A stretch of DNA of 63,159 nt, counting the filler, from Octopus bimaculoides (lineage: Eukaryota): assembly GCF_001194135.2 (NCBI RefSeq). It is 6 parts of 5 records of this genome, joined end to end, with 100 filler letters (N's around TTAATTAATTAA, not from the genome) between each part and the next. Parts side by side here need not be neighbours in the genome. Positions count along the whole stretch, not along the records: positions 15,934 to 39,206 come from NC_068991.1; positions 39,307 to 42,330 come from NC_068989.1; positions 42,431 to 55,591 come from NC_069000.1; 3 more parts are not named here. One strand, written 5' to 3'. Every line of letters begins with the position of its first letter. Within the stretch, counting starts at the first letter, position 1. The translations under genes were made by a program, and so were the position numbers. Shown one piece after another: positions 36,701 to 50,829 of the stretch. The notes under the pieces are model-generated. The model did no database searches. It was not told where the DNA came from and worked only from the letters and a program-made list of their open reading frames with translations.

Positions 36701-37959
36701 TAAGATATAAAGAAAAGTGAATACGACTTGTTAGTCCGGGAATGCATTGGAGCAATCGGATACGAAATGATTCAAGGATCTTCATATGTCGGACTGACCT
36801 CTAATAACTTCAACTTTGTGAGAGGACGAAAGTCCTTATAAAACACTGTTTTCTAGATCTACTCGAGTACGTGACTGGCGCTTAGTTTATCGACTGCATA
36901 AGAATGAAAGGTAATACAAGAGGTATTATTGAATACAGAACGCAAAAAGAAGACGTAAATAAATATTGCATGATATTCTTTTCTTTTCTCAACCAATTCT
37001 ACCAACTATAAAATTTTTGCTTAAAATAAGATTACCAATCATTATTTTGTTTATTTATTCATTGATTTCTATTATCTTTTTTTTTGTAGATGGGGAGAAA
37101 GAAAATAACCCCATTTTCGTATTCCATGTTTTCGTCTGCTAGATTTTTTCTCGTACAATTCACAGGCGATCAATAATATGAAAGAAAGAAACGTGACCTA
37201 AATAAACTTTTCATTTTCCTTTTTCCACAGAAGACAAATTTATAGATTTATAACAAGTGAAATGACTTGTAGCTGAAGAATGATTTTCCTTGAAAAATCG
37301 TCAGTTCTGATGGCTATTTGAGATAAAGAAAGAGAAGGATGTTGTAGAAAGTAGCGAGAGAGAAAAGAAAGGAGGTTCAAGGAGATGAATATGCAAAACA
37401 GAAGAACAGAAAGAGATAAAGAGGAGGAGAGGAATAAAATACAATGATGAAGAAGAAATATTAAAATGAATTAAGTACTATTTTCACTAACTTAAATATT
37501 TTAATTTCATAGATAACATCCATCCATCCGTATATACATACATAAGTTTGGTATATGAAACTCAATAAATAAAACTCAATACATTAGTGTATATATAGTT
37601 TTGATTATTTTTAATCGGTAGAAGTTATAATGCAACTCAAGCGCCTTCACCCAGCAAAGCCAGCACCCAGAGACTAGTTTCAGAGTCTGATGAAGAGCAA
37701 TGACACATAGCCAACTGGAAACGATGTTTCCTGGAGCTAAATAGCAGTAACGTTCTACCTTTTCCTGGGATTGCCACATTAATTTGGCAACAAACTATCA
37801 CTTTATTGTGCTGCTACTGTATAAGCCTCTCTGAGAGATTTAGAAATGCAATATTTCTAATTTTGTAGATCAGTGAATTTATTTCACTTGAAAATTCTGT
37901 AAGTTTTCAAAGGCGAATAAGCATCGACAGCTAGCAAGGCACTTTTTTTTTGCCTCTCT

Positions 37960-38928
37960 TTGGATACTTTTTTTGCTTTTTGATTCGACGTTTTTTATTG
38001 CTGCCCGAGTGAGTTCGGTTTTTGCCTGTGTTTATTGTTAATTGTAAACTGTAAACTGTTTTTCTGTGAACTATTTGTTGTTACAGTTATTTTCGCCCTT
38101 CGGGGCTGAAAATTCCTGTGTATTGTTGTTTGAAAATTGTTTTCTTGTCTTGTGACAAGTATGGATTTGAATTTTACGTCCGAAAAAGAATTTCCCGCAG
38201 TGGGAGAAGTCAACCAAACTGAAAATTCCAAAAGTAAACCAAGTTTCTCACAGGCCGTGAACGAAAACTCAATAGAGTTAGAAGTTACAATGGATAAGTT
38301 ATTCCAGTATAGAAAGCTGATACAAAAAGTCAACGATGAAACGAAATTAATACCGCCCCCAGAGACGATTAACGCCATTAAAGAAAGAATTGTTGTATAC
38401 AAAGTATACAACATTAAGGAGAAAAAAATAGCAGAGGTAAAAAATGATATTGTGGAGAGATGTTTGGCTATAATTTGGCCAAAAAACTCGCTATGTTAGT
38501 CAGGGAACAAGAAGTGCAACTATTGAAGTTCATTTCGACTCGGTAAACGTAGCAATGGAGGTTTCAACGCAAACTTTGAAAAATGAAGCCATTATGCTGC
38601 TGCCCACTTACATGGGACGCAGAACTGCTCGAATAACGGTAGAAGATATACTGGTCGGGTATGATGTAATATGGGTGGCAGCAGCTGTCATATTCGACGC
38701 CGAAGAAAAAGTAAACATTCTGAGCATGAGGAAGGAGGCAATTACTTGGCGATGGCGGTCGCTTGAAATAGTAGTGCAAGCAGAAAATAGTACTTTAGAA
38801 AATTTGCCCAATAGAGTGCTTGTGGGGGAGGTGCACACCATTCGCGTTTCAGTGGAGGGACGTCAGCCTAGATGTTTCAAATGTGGACAAAAGAGTCACG
38901 TTCGCTCCGACTGTGTAAGAAAGAAAAT
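37960..38928 (+). mobile_element. LINE 5' end: putative 5' UTR + ORF1 (gag-like) with CCHC zinc knuckle, one frameshift
   Basis: ORFs 38137-38499 and 38555-39001 join by removing one T at about 38474-38476 (CLAII-GQKTRYVSQGTRSATIEVHF); ends RVSVEGRQPRCFKCGQKSHVRSDC (C-x2-C-x4-H-x4-C). Confidence 0.75.
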
Positions 38929-39195
38929 TAACTTTATTCAAAGTCACGATCGTTTCGGATGGCAAGAGAAACTACTTCATCGCTATATATTGCATGCATA
39001 ATTGATCAATTAATGAAGCAGTTAGCCCTTGACCATTGTCCTCAGACCCTAAAGTTTTTAATCACTATAGGGTCTAACGAGAAAGGTCGAGGGCTAACTG
39101 TTTCATTAATTGATTAATTATGTATAGAAACCGATGTAAAGCGATGAAATAATTCCTCTAGCCATTCTGAACAATCGTGACATGGAATAAAGTTA
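38929..39195. mobile_element. Fold-back MITE (~265 bp, almost entirely inverted repeat), TA target-site duplication
   Basis: TA|ACTTTATTC...GAATAAAGT|TA; arms of about 105 bp are roughly 80% complementary; inner stem AGACCCTAAAGT/ACTATAGGGTCT. Confidence 0.8.
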
Positions 39196-39206
39196 TGCAA
39201 TATCAT

Positions 39207-39306
39207 NNNNNNNNNNNNNNNNNNNNNNNNNNNNNNNNNNNNNNNNNNNNTTAATTAATTAANNNNNNNNNNNNNNNNNNNNNNNNNNNNNNNNNNNNNN
39301 NNNNNN
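39207..39306. other. Artificial scaffold-join cassette
   Basis: 44N-TTAATTAATTAA-44N. Confidence 0.95.
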
Positions 39307-39340
<34 letters not shown>

Positions 39341-39588
39341 CATATATATGTATATCTACATATATACATGAATATATATGCATATATATACATATGCTAT
39401 ATATATACATACATACATACACACACACACATATATATATGTACATATACACGCATATATTCATACATATTTATTGATAAGCGTTAATATTATCCGAAAT
39501 ATACATCTAACCAAGCAGTGAAACTTACGCAGTCATATATTTTTACCGTCTCTTCTGTTGTCTTCTCAAATGTTTGTCAACCAGTGGA

Positions 39589-39658
<70 letters not shown>

Positions 39659-39839
39659 ACGGAGAGAGATAGAGAGAGAGACCGAAAGAGAGAGATAGAG
39701 AGAGACCTAAAGAGAGAGGGAGAGAGAGGAAGGAGAGAGACGGGAAGTCAAAGTGAGGGAGTGAATGATAGAGAGAGGGGTAGAAAGAGAACGACGGCAA
39801 ATTCGTTAAATTACTCGAAAGTTCTATATATATGTAAAT

Positions 39840-39877
<38 letters not shown>

Positions 39878-39973
39878 NNNNNNNNNNNNNNNNNNNNNNN
39901 NNNNNNNNNNNNNNNNNNNNNNNNNNNNNNNNNNNNNNNNNNNNNNNNNNNNNNNNNNNNNNNNNNNNNNNNN

Positions 39974-40016
<43 letters not shown>

Positions 40017-40057
40017 ATGCGTGTGTATGTATCTGTGTGTATATCTTCAAATATGCA

Positions 40058-40124
<67 letters not shown>

Positions 40125-40361
40125 ATAATATACACGTACATACTAACAAACGTACACACGCACACACATACATATATATACATATATATATACGCATGCA
40201 CGCACATTCTGACACATATATTGCCACATACGCACACAAAACCTTGCATGCACGCATGTGTTTCTGTATTCGTCAGTGTTCGTGTTTTCACGTTTGCGTA
40301 CGCGTGAGTACACGTAGTGTACGAGCATCACAGTCCGTGTGTATGTATACGTTTTAGACTT

Positions 40362-40412
<51 letters not shown>

Positions 40413-41029
40413 GTGTGTTTAGAAAGTGTTCAGAAATACAGGGAAAATAAACAAAAGGAACGCTAAAGACCTGAGGAAATAGAATAAAATAAAAACCCGA
40501 AAGAAAGAAAGAAAGAAAGAAAGGATGAAAAGAAGGAAGGAAGGAGGGAAGGAAGAAGAAGGCAAGCAATAAAGAAAGTAAGAAAAAGAAAGTATTCTGG
40601 TAAAAAAAAAATGGTATAACAATGCTGATGGTTGTGGCGCTTGTGGTAGCGGTGTCTGGTGGCGGTGAAGAATTTGCAACGCTGTTCAGTTGTCTAATTC
40701 CATCGGGTGGGATTCATAAGCAATCGAAGTGGAAAAGATATGAGAATTACAAAATTTTTATTCTGATTTTATTTGATTAACATTTATATTGAATTTCACT
40801 AATAAAATGCAATCAATACCGCCATTAATTTGTTACGCTAGATAATTTCAATTTTGCAAACCAATTGACCAAAAAGATAGATTCGCATGACAATCTGAAG
40901 ATGACTTGATAACATTAATATTCCGAAAAAGCCCAGCCGTTCTCTCTTAGTTGATAAACAGACGTCCAAAACTACAGAAGTAATGGCTGCATTTCCAGGC
41001 GCTGTTGTTGATATTATAATTATTATTGT

Positions 41030-41720
41030 TGTTGTTGGTGGTGGTGGTGATGATGATGATGCTGTTTTTTGGAGATGGTTGTGCTGGTGATGTTATTGGT
41101 AGTGGTGGCGGTGGTTGTCGTGGTGGCGATGGTTGGTGGCGGTGATGATGGTGGAGGTGATGGTGGCAGCGGTGGTGGTGACGGTGNNNNNNNNNNNNNN
41201 NNNNNNNNNNNNNNNNNNNNNNNNNNNNNNNNNNNNNNNNNNNNNNNNNNNNNNNNNNNNNNNNNNNNNNNNNNNNNNNNNNNNNNNNNNNNNNNNNNNN
41301 NNNNNNNNNNNNNNTATTGGCAGCGGCGATGGTTGTGGTGGTGGTGGTGGGGGGTGATGGTGGTAGAGATGGTCTAGCGGTGGCGGTTGTGACGGTGGCG
41401 GTTGTGGTGGTGGCGGTTGAGGTGGTGGCGGTGATGGTGATAGCAGTGGTAGGAGGTGACGGCGGCGATTGTTGTGTCGGCGGTGGTTGTGTCAGTTTGT
41501 GGAGGCGGGTATTGGTGGTAGCAGTGTTGTTGGTGGTAGTCTTTTCTTGTCTGTTGCGGTGTGATGCCGCTGCTACCGTTATTATTGTTTTTGGTAGTGG
41601 TTGTTTGTAGTGGTGGTCGTCACCGTCGTCTTTTTTTCCAATATTATTCTTGGTGGTGGTCACAACGTTGTTGTTGCTGTTGTTTGGTTGTACAAGTGAT
41701 GATATTGGTGGTAGCAGAGG
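41030..41720. repeat. Degenerate (GGT)n-type low-complexity tract
   Basis: Direct observation. Confidence 0.85.
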
Positions 41721-42080
41721 CGGCTGCGGTGGTAGAGTTACTCATGATGGTGACTCTTTACTTTGGTGTAATACTACCACCCTCGTCGTCGCTGTGGACA
41801 TAGTTGTTTCGCTGTAACGTTGGCATCGTCCTTGTTTCTCTTTCTGTTGTTCTTATTAACAGTAGTATCATTTCCCCCTAGTGTGGTGGCATTTTAGTTC
41901 CCCTTGTTCATGCCATTATTGATACTGACTACGGTGTTGTTTGTCTTTCACTGGTGTTGGCGATTGTTGTGTCTTTTCGTTGGTACTTTTAATGATATCC
42001 TTAACATTCAAGTTGGCGCCGGTGTCATTGTTGTTGCGCTTTTGTTTTTCTCCCGTAGTATTGTTGTTGATGTTCTTAAT

Positions 42081-42330
42081 GGTGCTGGTGGTAGTGGTGA
42101 TGGTGGTAGTGGTGATGGTGGTAGTGGTGATGGTGNNNNNNNNNNGGTGGTAGTGGTGATGGTGGTAGTGGTGATGGTGGTAGTGGTGATGGTGGCAGTG
42201 GAGCTGGGGGTAGTGGTGCTGGTGGCAGTGGTGCTGGTGGTAGTGGTGCTGGTGGAAGTGGTGCTGGTGGTAGTGATGCTGGCGGTAGTGGTGCTGGTGA
42301 TAATGGTGCTGGTGGTAGTGGTGCTGGTGG
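42081..42330. repeat. 15-bp minisatellite GGTGGTAGTGGTG(A/C)T
   Basis: About 16 tandem units, interrupted by a 10-N gap. Confidence 0.85.
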
Positions 42331-42430
42331 NNNNNNNNNNNNNNNNNNNNNNNNNNNNNNNNNNNNNNNNNNNNTTAATTAATTAANNNNNNNNNNNNNN
42401 NNNNNNNNNNNNNNNNNNNNNNNNNNNNNN
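42331..42430. other. Artificial scaffold-join cassette
   Basis: 44N-TTAATTAATTAA-44N. Confidence 0.95.
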
Positions 42431-42469
<39 letters not shown>

Positions 42470-43083
42470 TTGTTTATTTGCGTGAGGTGAACCGTCGCAA
42501 TATCTAAATTATTTTCCCCTCTTCCATATATAGAATATGAATTGTAAAAAGTTAATATTAATTGATGTAATGATAACCTATTTTACTTCACCATATTGCG
42601 AGAGTGAGATCGTTAATAACAAATAACCGGCTTCTAAAAGTACGCTTAATAATGAATTCACATCAATTACGATATAGATGAAAGGCTCATAACAGATACT
42701 TTGATTTTTATAAGTAGCTTAAACTGCCCTATTTCAATAATCAGAAGGAAAAAATAATTTATTTGTGTGGCATCATTGGGGTTAATAAGATGGATAATCA
42801 ACAATTGGGCTGTGGGAGCTACCAAAATGTGATTGCGAATAAAGGAGATGCAAACCTTGGGAATAGGATGCCACTAGGGTCATGGTACCTGCACACCAAC
42901 CGGGGCTTGATCAACCGTGTTTCGGTTACCTGAGTGATGCTCTCTGTGGTTGAAAGACCCGAAATTCATAATGACTCCAAGGACCATTGTATTTATATAT
43001 CCACATATATAATTTATATTAAACAATGTGAGTGTGTATGTACACACACGCAGACACACACACACACACGCACACAGACACAG

Positions 43084-43116
<33 letters not shown>

Positions 43117-43194
43117 AATTTAAGTGCGTAAATATATATGTATATATATATACATATAATACTTACATACATATACATAAACATATATATGTAT

Positions 43195-43247
<53 letters not shown>

Positions 43248-43589
43248 GTGCATGTATGTATGTATGAATGTATAATGTAGATATATATTTCTGTATATAA
43301 CTAATATTTTTACTCTTGTCCCAATTATTCTGAGCACTTCTCCTTACAGCCCTGTATAAAATCTATTGGTTTCCTAATAAGAAACCATTAATATTATATA
43401 TATATACATATAAATACATAAGTATATCTATACGCATACAAATGTATATATACCTACATATATGCCTATATATACTTATATATATATATACACACATATT
43501 TACACATATATATATATATATAAACATATAAATACCTATATATACACATATATGTATACATATATATATTTATATATATATACATATAA

Positions 43590-43645
<56 letters not shown>

Positions 43646-44445
43646 NNNNNNNNNNNNNNNNNNNNNNNNNNNNNNNNNNNNNNNNNNNNNNNNNNNNNNN
43701 NNNNNNNNNNNNNNNNNNNNNNNNNNNNNNNNNNNNNNNNNNNNNNNNNNNNNNNNNNNNNNNNNNNNNNNNNNNNNNNNNNNNNNNNNNNNNNNNNNNN
43801 NNNNNNNNNNNNNNNNNNNNNNNNNNNNNNNNNNNNNNNNNNNNNNNNNNNNNNNNNNNNNNNNNNNNNNNNNNNNNNNNNNNNNNNNNNNNNNNNNNNN
43901 NNNNNNNNNNNNNNNNNNNNNNNNNNNNNNNNNNNNNNNNNNNNNNNNNNNNNNNNNNNNNNNNNNNNNNNNNNNNNNNNNNNNNNNNNNNNNNNNNNNN
44001 NNNNNNNNNNNNNNNNNNNNNNNNNNNNNNNNNNNNNNNNNNNNNNNNNNNNNNNNNNNNNNNNNNNNNNNNNNNNNNNNNNNNNNNNNNNNNNNNNNNN
44101 NNNNNNNNNNNNNNNNNNNNNNNNNNNNNNNNNNNNNNNNNNNNNNNNNNNNNNNNNNNNNNNNNNNNNNNNNNNNNNNNNNNNNNNNNNNNNNNNNTAT
44201 ATATATATATATATGTATGTATGTATGTATGCATGTATGTATGTATATATATATATATATATATATACATATATACATACATATATATATATATTCTTTC
44301 TTATTCGCCTATATATGTGTGTCTATATAGTTACACTTAATATATATATATATTATATTAAATTATATTGTATCATATTATATATATATATATATACATA
44401 CACATATATTATATTACGTAATCATGTATGTGTGTACATACATAC

Positions 44446-44478
<33 letters not shown>

Positions 44479-44512
44479 TGTATGTATGTATGTATGTATG
44501 TATGCATGCATG

Positions 44513-44735
44513 TACGCTAGATGGTGCTGAAAATTTCCTGGCTTCGAGAATATCGCAAAATGCCTGTTTGGAAGCCCAAACTGCCGAGTTCCTTTATAGG
44601 GGTTAGAAAAACTGTAAGTACCGCTGCAAAACATGTGTGAAAATGAATGGGGAATATGTTGAATAAAATCATGATTAACTAATCCTGCGGGGTAATTTTT
44701 TTTACCCAGAACCAAGATTTTCTCAACTTTCATTA
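44513..44735 (+). mobile_element. Miniature mariner derivative (TIRs + last ~30 codons of transposase)
   Basis: 5' GGTGCTGAAAATTTCCTGGCTT TIR-like; EAQTAEFLYRG*KNCKYRCKTCVKMNGEYVE* matches the mariner C-terminal 'FY..GI..L..RW.KC....G.YVE*'; degenerate 3' TIR AACCAAGATTTTCTCAAC. Confidence 0.65.
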
Positions 44736-44978
44736 TATATATATATATATATGTTTGTGTGTGTGTATATGACGATCTGATATAAAATAGATATATATAT
44801 AAAAGATAGATAGATAAATAGCTCACTTGACAGAGTGTATATATGTATATATATATATACAGACATACATATATGCATATATACATATACATACATGCAT
44901 ATATATATATAAATATACATATATACATGTATACATACATATACATATATGCATATATATGTATATGTATATATATAG

Positions 44979-45020
<42 letters not shown>

Positions 45021-45349
45021 GTATGTATATATACACATATATATATATATATATGTATATATACACACACATATATATATATATATATATAATATATATA
45101 TATATGTATATATATGTATGTGCTTACATATATATTTATGTATGTGCTTACATAAATGTGCATGTATATATAAATTTACACACACATATATATATGCATA
45201 TATATATAAATGTATATATGTATATGTATATTGTGCATATTTATATGTATATACTGCGTACACAACTATACTTGAATACATACGTATAATATATATATAT
45301 ATGTATATATATATATGTATATGTATATATGTATATAGANNNNNNNNNN

Positions 45350-45382
<33 letters not shown>

Positions 45383-45619
45383 TGAGTTTGCTTGTGTTTG
45401 TTGTAGAATGACGTCAAGTCAGTTACCAGGTCGAATAAATACAAGTAAAGTTCACACATAGACTGTATTTATTGTATGAAATCAAAGAAGGTGGATACAC
45501 GTCACGTAGAGCTTCTTTCGTGCCTAATATCCAGATTCCCCAATGTACCTGAACCATTCTCTTGCATATCTGTCTGCCCGTCGCAGTCGCATGGAATTGG
45601 TCACTTCTAAAGGAAGTAA

Positions 45620-45664
<45 letters not shown>

Positions 45665-45778
45665 AAAAGGCAGTTAATCTACCGAGATTCCACGCTCTGA
45701 GACTAAAGCTAAACGTTGCCGTCGCAATGCAATTATCTTAACTGTACAGGCATACATATATATACATATATATGTATA

Positions 45779-45824
<46 letters not shown>

Positions 45825-46619
45825 NNNNNNNNNNNNNNNNNNNNNNNNNNNNNNNNNNNNNNNNNNNNNNNNNNNNNNNNNNNNNNNNNNNNNNNNNNNN
45901 NNNNNNNNNNNNNNNNNNNNNNNNNNNNNNNNNNNNNNNNNNNNNNNNNNNNNNNNNNNNNNNNNNNNNNNNNNNNNNNNNNNNNNNNNNNNNNNNNNNN
46001 NNNNNNNNNNNNNNNNNNNNNNNNNNNNNNNNNNNNNNNNNNNNNNNNNNNNNNNNNNNNNNNNNNNNNNNNNNNNNNNNNNNNNNNNNNNNNNNNNNNN
46101 NNNNNNNNNNNNNNNNNNNNNNNNNNNNNNNNNNNNNNNNNNNNNNNNNNNNNNNNNNNNNNNNNNNNNNNNNNNNNNNNNNNNNNNNNNNNNNNNNNNN
46201 NNNNNNNNNNNNNNNNNNNNNNNNNNNNNNNNNNNNNNNNNNNNNNNNNNNNNNNNNNNNNNNNNNNNNNNNNNNNNNNNNNNNNNNNNNNNNNNNNNNN
46301 NNNNNNNNNNNNNNNNNNNNNNNNNNNNNNNNNNNNNNNNNNNNNNNNNNNNNNNNNNNNNNNNNNNNNNNNNNNNNNNNNNNNNNNNNNNNNNNNNNNN
46401 NNNNNNNNNNNNNNNNNNNNNNNNNNNNNNNNNNNNNNNNNNNNNNNNNNNNNNNNNNNNNNNNNNNNNNNNNNNNNNNNNNNNNNNNNNNNNNNNNNNN
46501 NNNNNNNNNNNNNNNNNNNNNNNNNNNNNNNNNNNNNNNNNNNNNNNNNNNNNNNNNNNNNNNNNNNNNNNNNNNNNNNNNNNNNNNNNNNNNNNNNNNN
46601 NNNNNNNNNNNNNNNNNNN

Positions 46620-46664
<45 letters not shown>

Positions 46665-47188
46665 TGCATACATACCTACCGATACATATACATATATATT
46701 TATATAAACATACATATACATACATACAGATATCATACATGCATATATATACATGCGTTCATATATATATTTCATAGAAATATATAAATGTCGTTGACGT
46801 CATTAGAATTTTATAAAAATGTTCAGAGAGCCTGAACTAATTCTTTTTCCATTTCGAATGGTGGAGAATGGGGAATATCTCATATAAATATTAGATTGAA
46901 AAAGCTCTTGGAAAGCTAAATACATAAACGTGTATACATTATACACATATATATGCTATATACACAGATTCGTACATATGTATATGCATTTTATATATAT
47001 GCATGTGTTTGTTTTTGAGTGTGTGTATATACTTATGCATATATGTATGCATATATATATTTTATATATATTTCATATATATGCACATGTGTGTTTGTTT
47101 GTATGTGTATATAGGTATGTATGTATGTGTGTGTGTGATATTATGTATTATTATTATTAAATGAAATTATTATCATTTTTATTATCTT

Positions 47189-47232
<44 letters not shown>

Positions 47233-47260
47233 TTACTACTTCTATTATTATTATCATTAA

Positions 47261-47475
47261 GGCGGCGTGTTGGCAGAATCGTTACGATACCGGGCAAAAT
47301 GGTTGAACGGCAATTCGTCCACCTTACGTTCAGAGTTGAAATTATGCCGTGGCTGACTTAACCATTCATCAAATCTGGGTTAATAAAATAAATAACAGTT
47401 GAACACTGGGGTCGATTTAATCGACTATACACCCTTCCCCAAAATTTCAGCCCTTGTGCCAACAGTAGAAACGAT
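47261..47475 (+). mobile_element. SINE family B
   Basis: GGCGGCGTGTTGGCAGAATCGTTA...GAGTTGAAATT...ACTGGGGTCGATTTAATCGACT. Confidence 0.8.
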
Positions 47476-47875
47476 TAGTATTATTATCATTATTTTTATT
47501 GATATTATTATTGTTTTTGTTGTTGTTCTTATTACTGTAATTATCAAATACGTTTTCATCACATACGTTGTTATTATCATCAAATACCTTAGCTAACAGC
47601 TCCAATTTGAAATTCTGTAATACTGGTTATAAGAGAGATTCGCAAAACGCCTGCTACAAATGACCTTAAATGCAAGGTTATCTATAAATAAGAGATCGAT
47701 ATGATCGATACTTGTTTGGTCAGCGACTGTGTGTGTTCGTATAAAAGTGCGCGTGTGAATGTTTTCTATATATTATTATTGTTATTATTATTATTATTAT
47801 TACCATTTTAAACAAATATTTATATATCGTAAAATGTATATATACATATATATATATACATACATATATATACAA

Positions 47876-47982
<107 letters not shown>

Positions 47983-48558
47983 NNNNNNNNNNNNNNNNNN
48001 NNNNNNNNNNNNNNNNNNNNNNNNNNNNNNNNNNNNNNNNNNNNNNNNNNNNNNNNNNNNNNNNNNNNNNNNNNNNNNNNNNNNNNNNNNNNNNNNNNNN
48101 NNNNNNNNNNNNNNNNNNNNNNNNNNNNNNNNNNNNNNNNNNNNNNNNNNNNNNNNNNNNNNNNNNNNNNNNNNNNNNNNNNNNNNNNNNNNNNNNNNNN
48201 NNNNNNNNNNNNNNNNNNNNNNNNNNNNNNNNNNNNNNNNNNNNNNNNNNNNNNNNNNNNNNNNNNNNNNNNNNNNNNNNNNNNNNNNNNNNNNNNNNNN
48301 NNNNNNNNNNNNNNNNNNNNNNNNNNNNNNNNNNNNNNNNNNNNNNNNNNNNNNNNNNNNNNNNNNNNNNNNNNNNNNNNNNNNNNNNNNNNNNNNNNNN
48401 NNNNNNNNNNNNNNNNNNNNNNNNNNNNNNNNNNNNNNNNNNNNNNNNNNNNNNNNNNNNNNNNNNNNNNNNNNNNNNNNNNNNNNNNNNNNNNNNNNNN
48501 NNNNNNNNNNNNNNNNNNNNNNNNNNNNNNNNNNNNNNNNNNNNNNNNNNNNNNNNNN

Positions 48559-48598
<40 letters not shown>

Positions 48599-48615
48599 CA
48601 TATACATATATATAT

Positions 48616-48764
48616 GGGCTTCTTTCAGTTTCCGTCCACCAAATTCACTCACGAGGTTTTGGTCGGCCCGAGGAGACACTTGCCCAAGATGTCACACAGT
48701 GGGACTGAACCCGGAACCATGTGGTTGTTAGACAAAGTACTTACCACACAGCCACTCTTGCGCC
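48616..48764 (-). mobile_element. SINE family A head
   Basis: Reverse complement of GGCGCAAGAGTGGCTGTGTGGTAAG...GGGTTCAGTCCCACT...TTGGGCAAGTGTCT. Confidence 0.85.
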
Positions 48765-49184
48765 TAATGTATAAGCAATTCGCGTGTAGAAAGCTAAACA
48801 ACAGAAAATGCTTGGATAAAGGCCTTGTAATTCTTTATGTGTATACAGTTATCGTTTGTGTCCATTAATTTATGTGAGCGAGTGAGTGAGTGAGCGTATG
48901 TGCGTGTGCGTAGAATGAGCGCACGCAAGAGTGTGTGTGAATGTGTTTTCTATGTCGATATGTGCGTGTTTATGTAGTTTAGATGAATGCGGAAGTCTTT
49001 ACTGTGTGTACGTTGAAACGCGAAACCCGAAACTTGATTAACAACTCACTTCAAATCAACTTTGATTAAATCTTATAACCAAACTACATCATCGGACTGT
49101 CTATTTTTTTCCGCTTAATTGCACTCTCACTCTCTTTCTCTTTCTCTCTTATCCTCCCGCTCACTCTCTCTCTCATCCTCCCGC

Positions 49185-49222
<38 letters not shown>

Positions 49223-50791
49223 TCCCTCTCTCTATCTCTCTCACTCTCTCTCTCTCTCTCTCACTCTCTCTCTCTTCCTCCATCTCTTTCTGGCTCTTTT
49301 ACACATTACACACGCATACACACTAACCCATACATATACAGCTCAATACACACACACACACNNNNNNNNNNNNNNNNNNNNNNNNNNNNNNNNNNNNNNN
49401 NNNNNNNNNNNNNNNNNNNNNNNNNNNNNNNNNNNNNNNNNNNNNNNNNNNNNNNNNNNNNNNNNNNNNNNNNNNNNNNNNNNNNNNNNNNNNNNNNNNN
49501 NNNNNNNNNNNNNNNNNNNNNNNNNNNNNNNNNNNNNNNNNNNNNNNNNNNNNNNNNNNNNNNNNNNNNNNNNNNNNNNNNNNNNNNNNNNNNNNNNNNN
49601 NNNNNNNNNNNNNNNNNNNNNNNNNNNNNNNNNNNNNNNNNNNNNNNNNNNNNNNNNNNNNNNNNNNNNNNNNNNNNNNNNNNNNNNNNNNNNNNNNNNN
49701 NNNNNNNNNNNNNNNNNNNNNNNNNNNNNNNNNNNNNNNNNNNNNNNNNNNNNNNNNNNNNNNNNNNNNNNNNNNNNNNNNNNNNNNNNNNNNNNNNNNN
49801 NNNNNNNNNNNNNNNNNNNNNNNNNNNNNNNNNNNNNNNNNNNNNNNNNNNNNNNNNNNNNNNNNNNNNNNNNNNNNNNNNNNNNNNNNNNNNNNNNNNN
49901 NNNNNNNNNNNNNNNNNNNNNNNNNNNNNNNNNNNNNNNNNNNNNNNNNNNNNNNNNNNNNNNNNNNNNNNNNNNNNNNNNNNNNNNNNNNNNNNNNNNN
50001 NNNNNNNNNNNNNNNNNNNNNNNNNNNNNNNNNNNNNNNNNNNNNNNNNNNNNNNNNNNNNNNNNNNNNNNNNNNNNNNNNNNNNNNNNNNNNNNNNNNN
50101 NNNNNNNNNNNNNNNNNNNNNNNNNNNNNNNNNNNNNNNNNNNNNNNNNNNNNNNNNNNNNNNNNNNNNNNNNNNNNNNNNNNNNNNNNNNNNNNNNNNN
50201 NNNNNNNNNNNNNNNNNNNNNNNNNNNNNNNNNNNNNNNNNNNNNNNNNNNNNNNNNNNNNNNNNNNNNNNNNNNNNNNNNNNNNNNNNNNNNNNNNNGT
50301 GTGTGTGTATGTATGTATGTGTGTGTGTATGTATGTATGTATGTGTGTGTATGTATGTATGTATGTATGTATGTGTGTGTGAGTGTATGTATGTATGTAT
50401 GTATGTATGTATGTATGTGTGTGTGTATGTATGCATGTATGTAACAAAAGTTTTACCGTCGTAAAACCAGGATTTTCTACACTTGCAGAATTTCGGCATT
50501 AGTCTGAAATCCGACAGTGTTCATAGCCTAGAACTATGATTGAGAGCTTTCCTGGAATTAACCTACCTTTATATCCTGCCAGAACCGAACGTGTTACATA
50601 TATGCGTGTGCACATCTGTGTGTATATGTATGTGTATATATATACATATATATATGGTGGTATCTCTTAGATACCCTAAATTATAATTTTAAATAATTAT
50701 TACCTTTGATGGTTTTTATTTCCATGCTGGCCACCTGATAAAATCGGTATTTAAATATCGATCTTATCCTTATTTATATAAATTTATATAA

Positions 50792-50829
<38 letters not shown>

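Noticed and set aside
37270-37305. CTGAAGA...TCGTCAG hairpin
   Set aside because: A simple inverted repeat with no correctly placed GAAA/NUH on either strand.
37686-37735. CTGATGA...GAAACGATGTTTC
   Set aside because: Neither stem I nor stem II pairs.
42925-42978. CTGAGTGA...GACCCGAAATTCATAATGAC
   Set aside because: Insertion in the core, broken stem II and a mismatch at 1.1-2.1; too degenerate to call a hammerhead.
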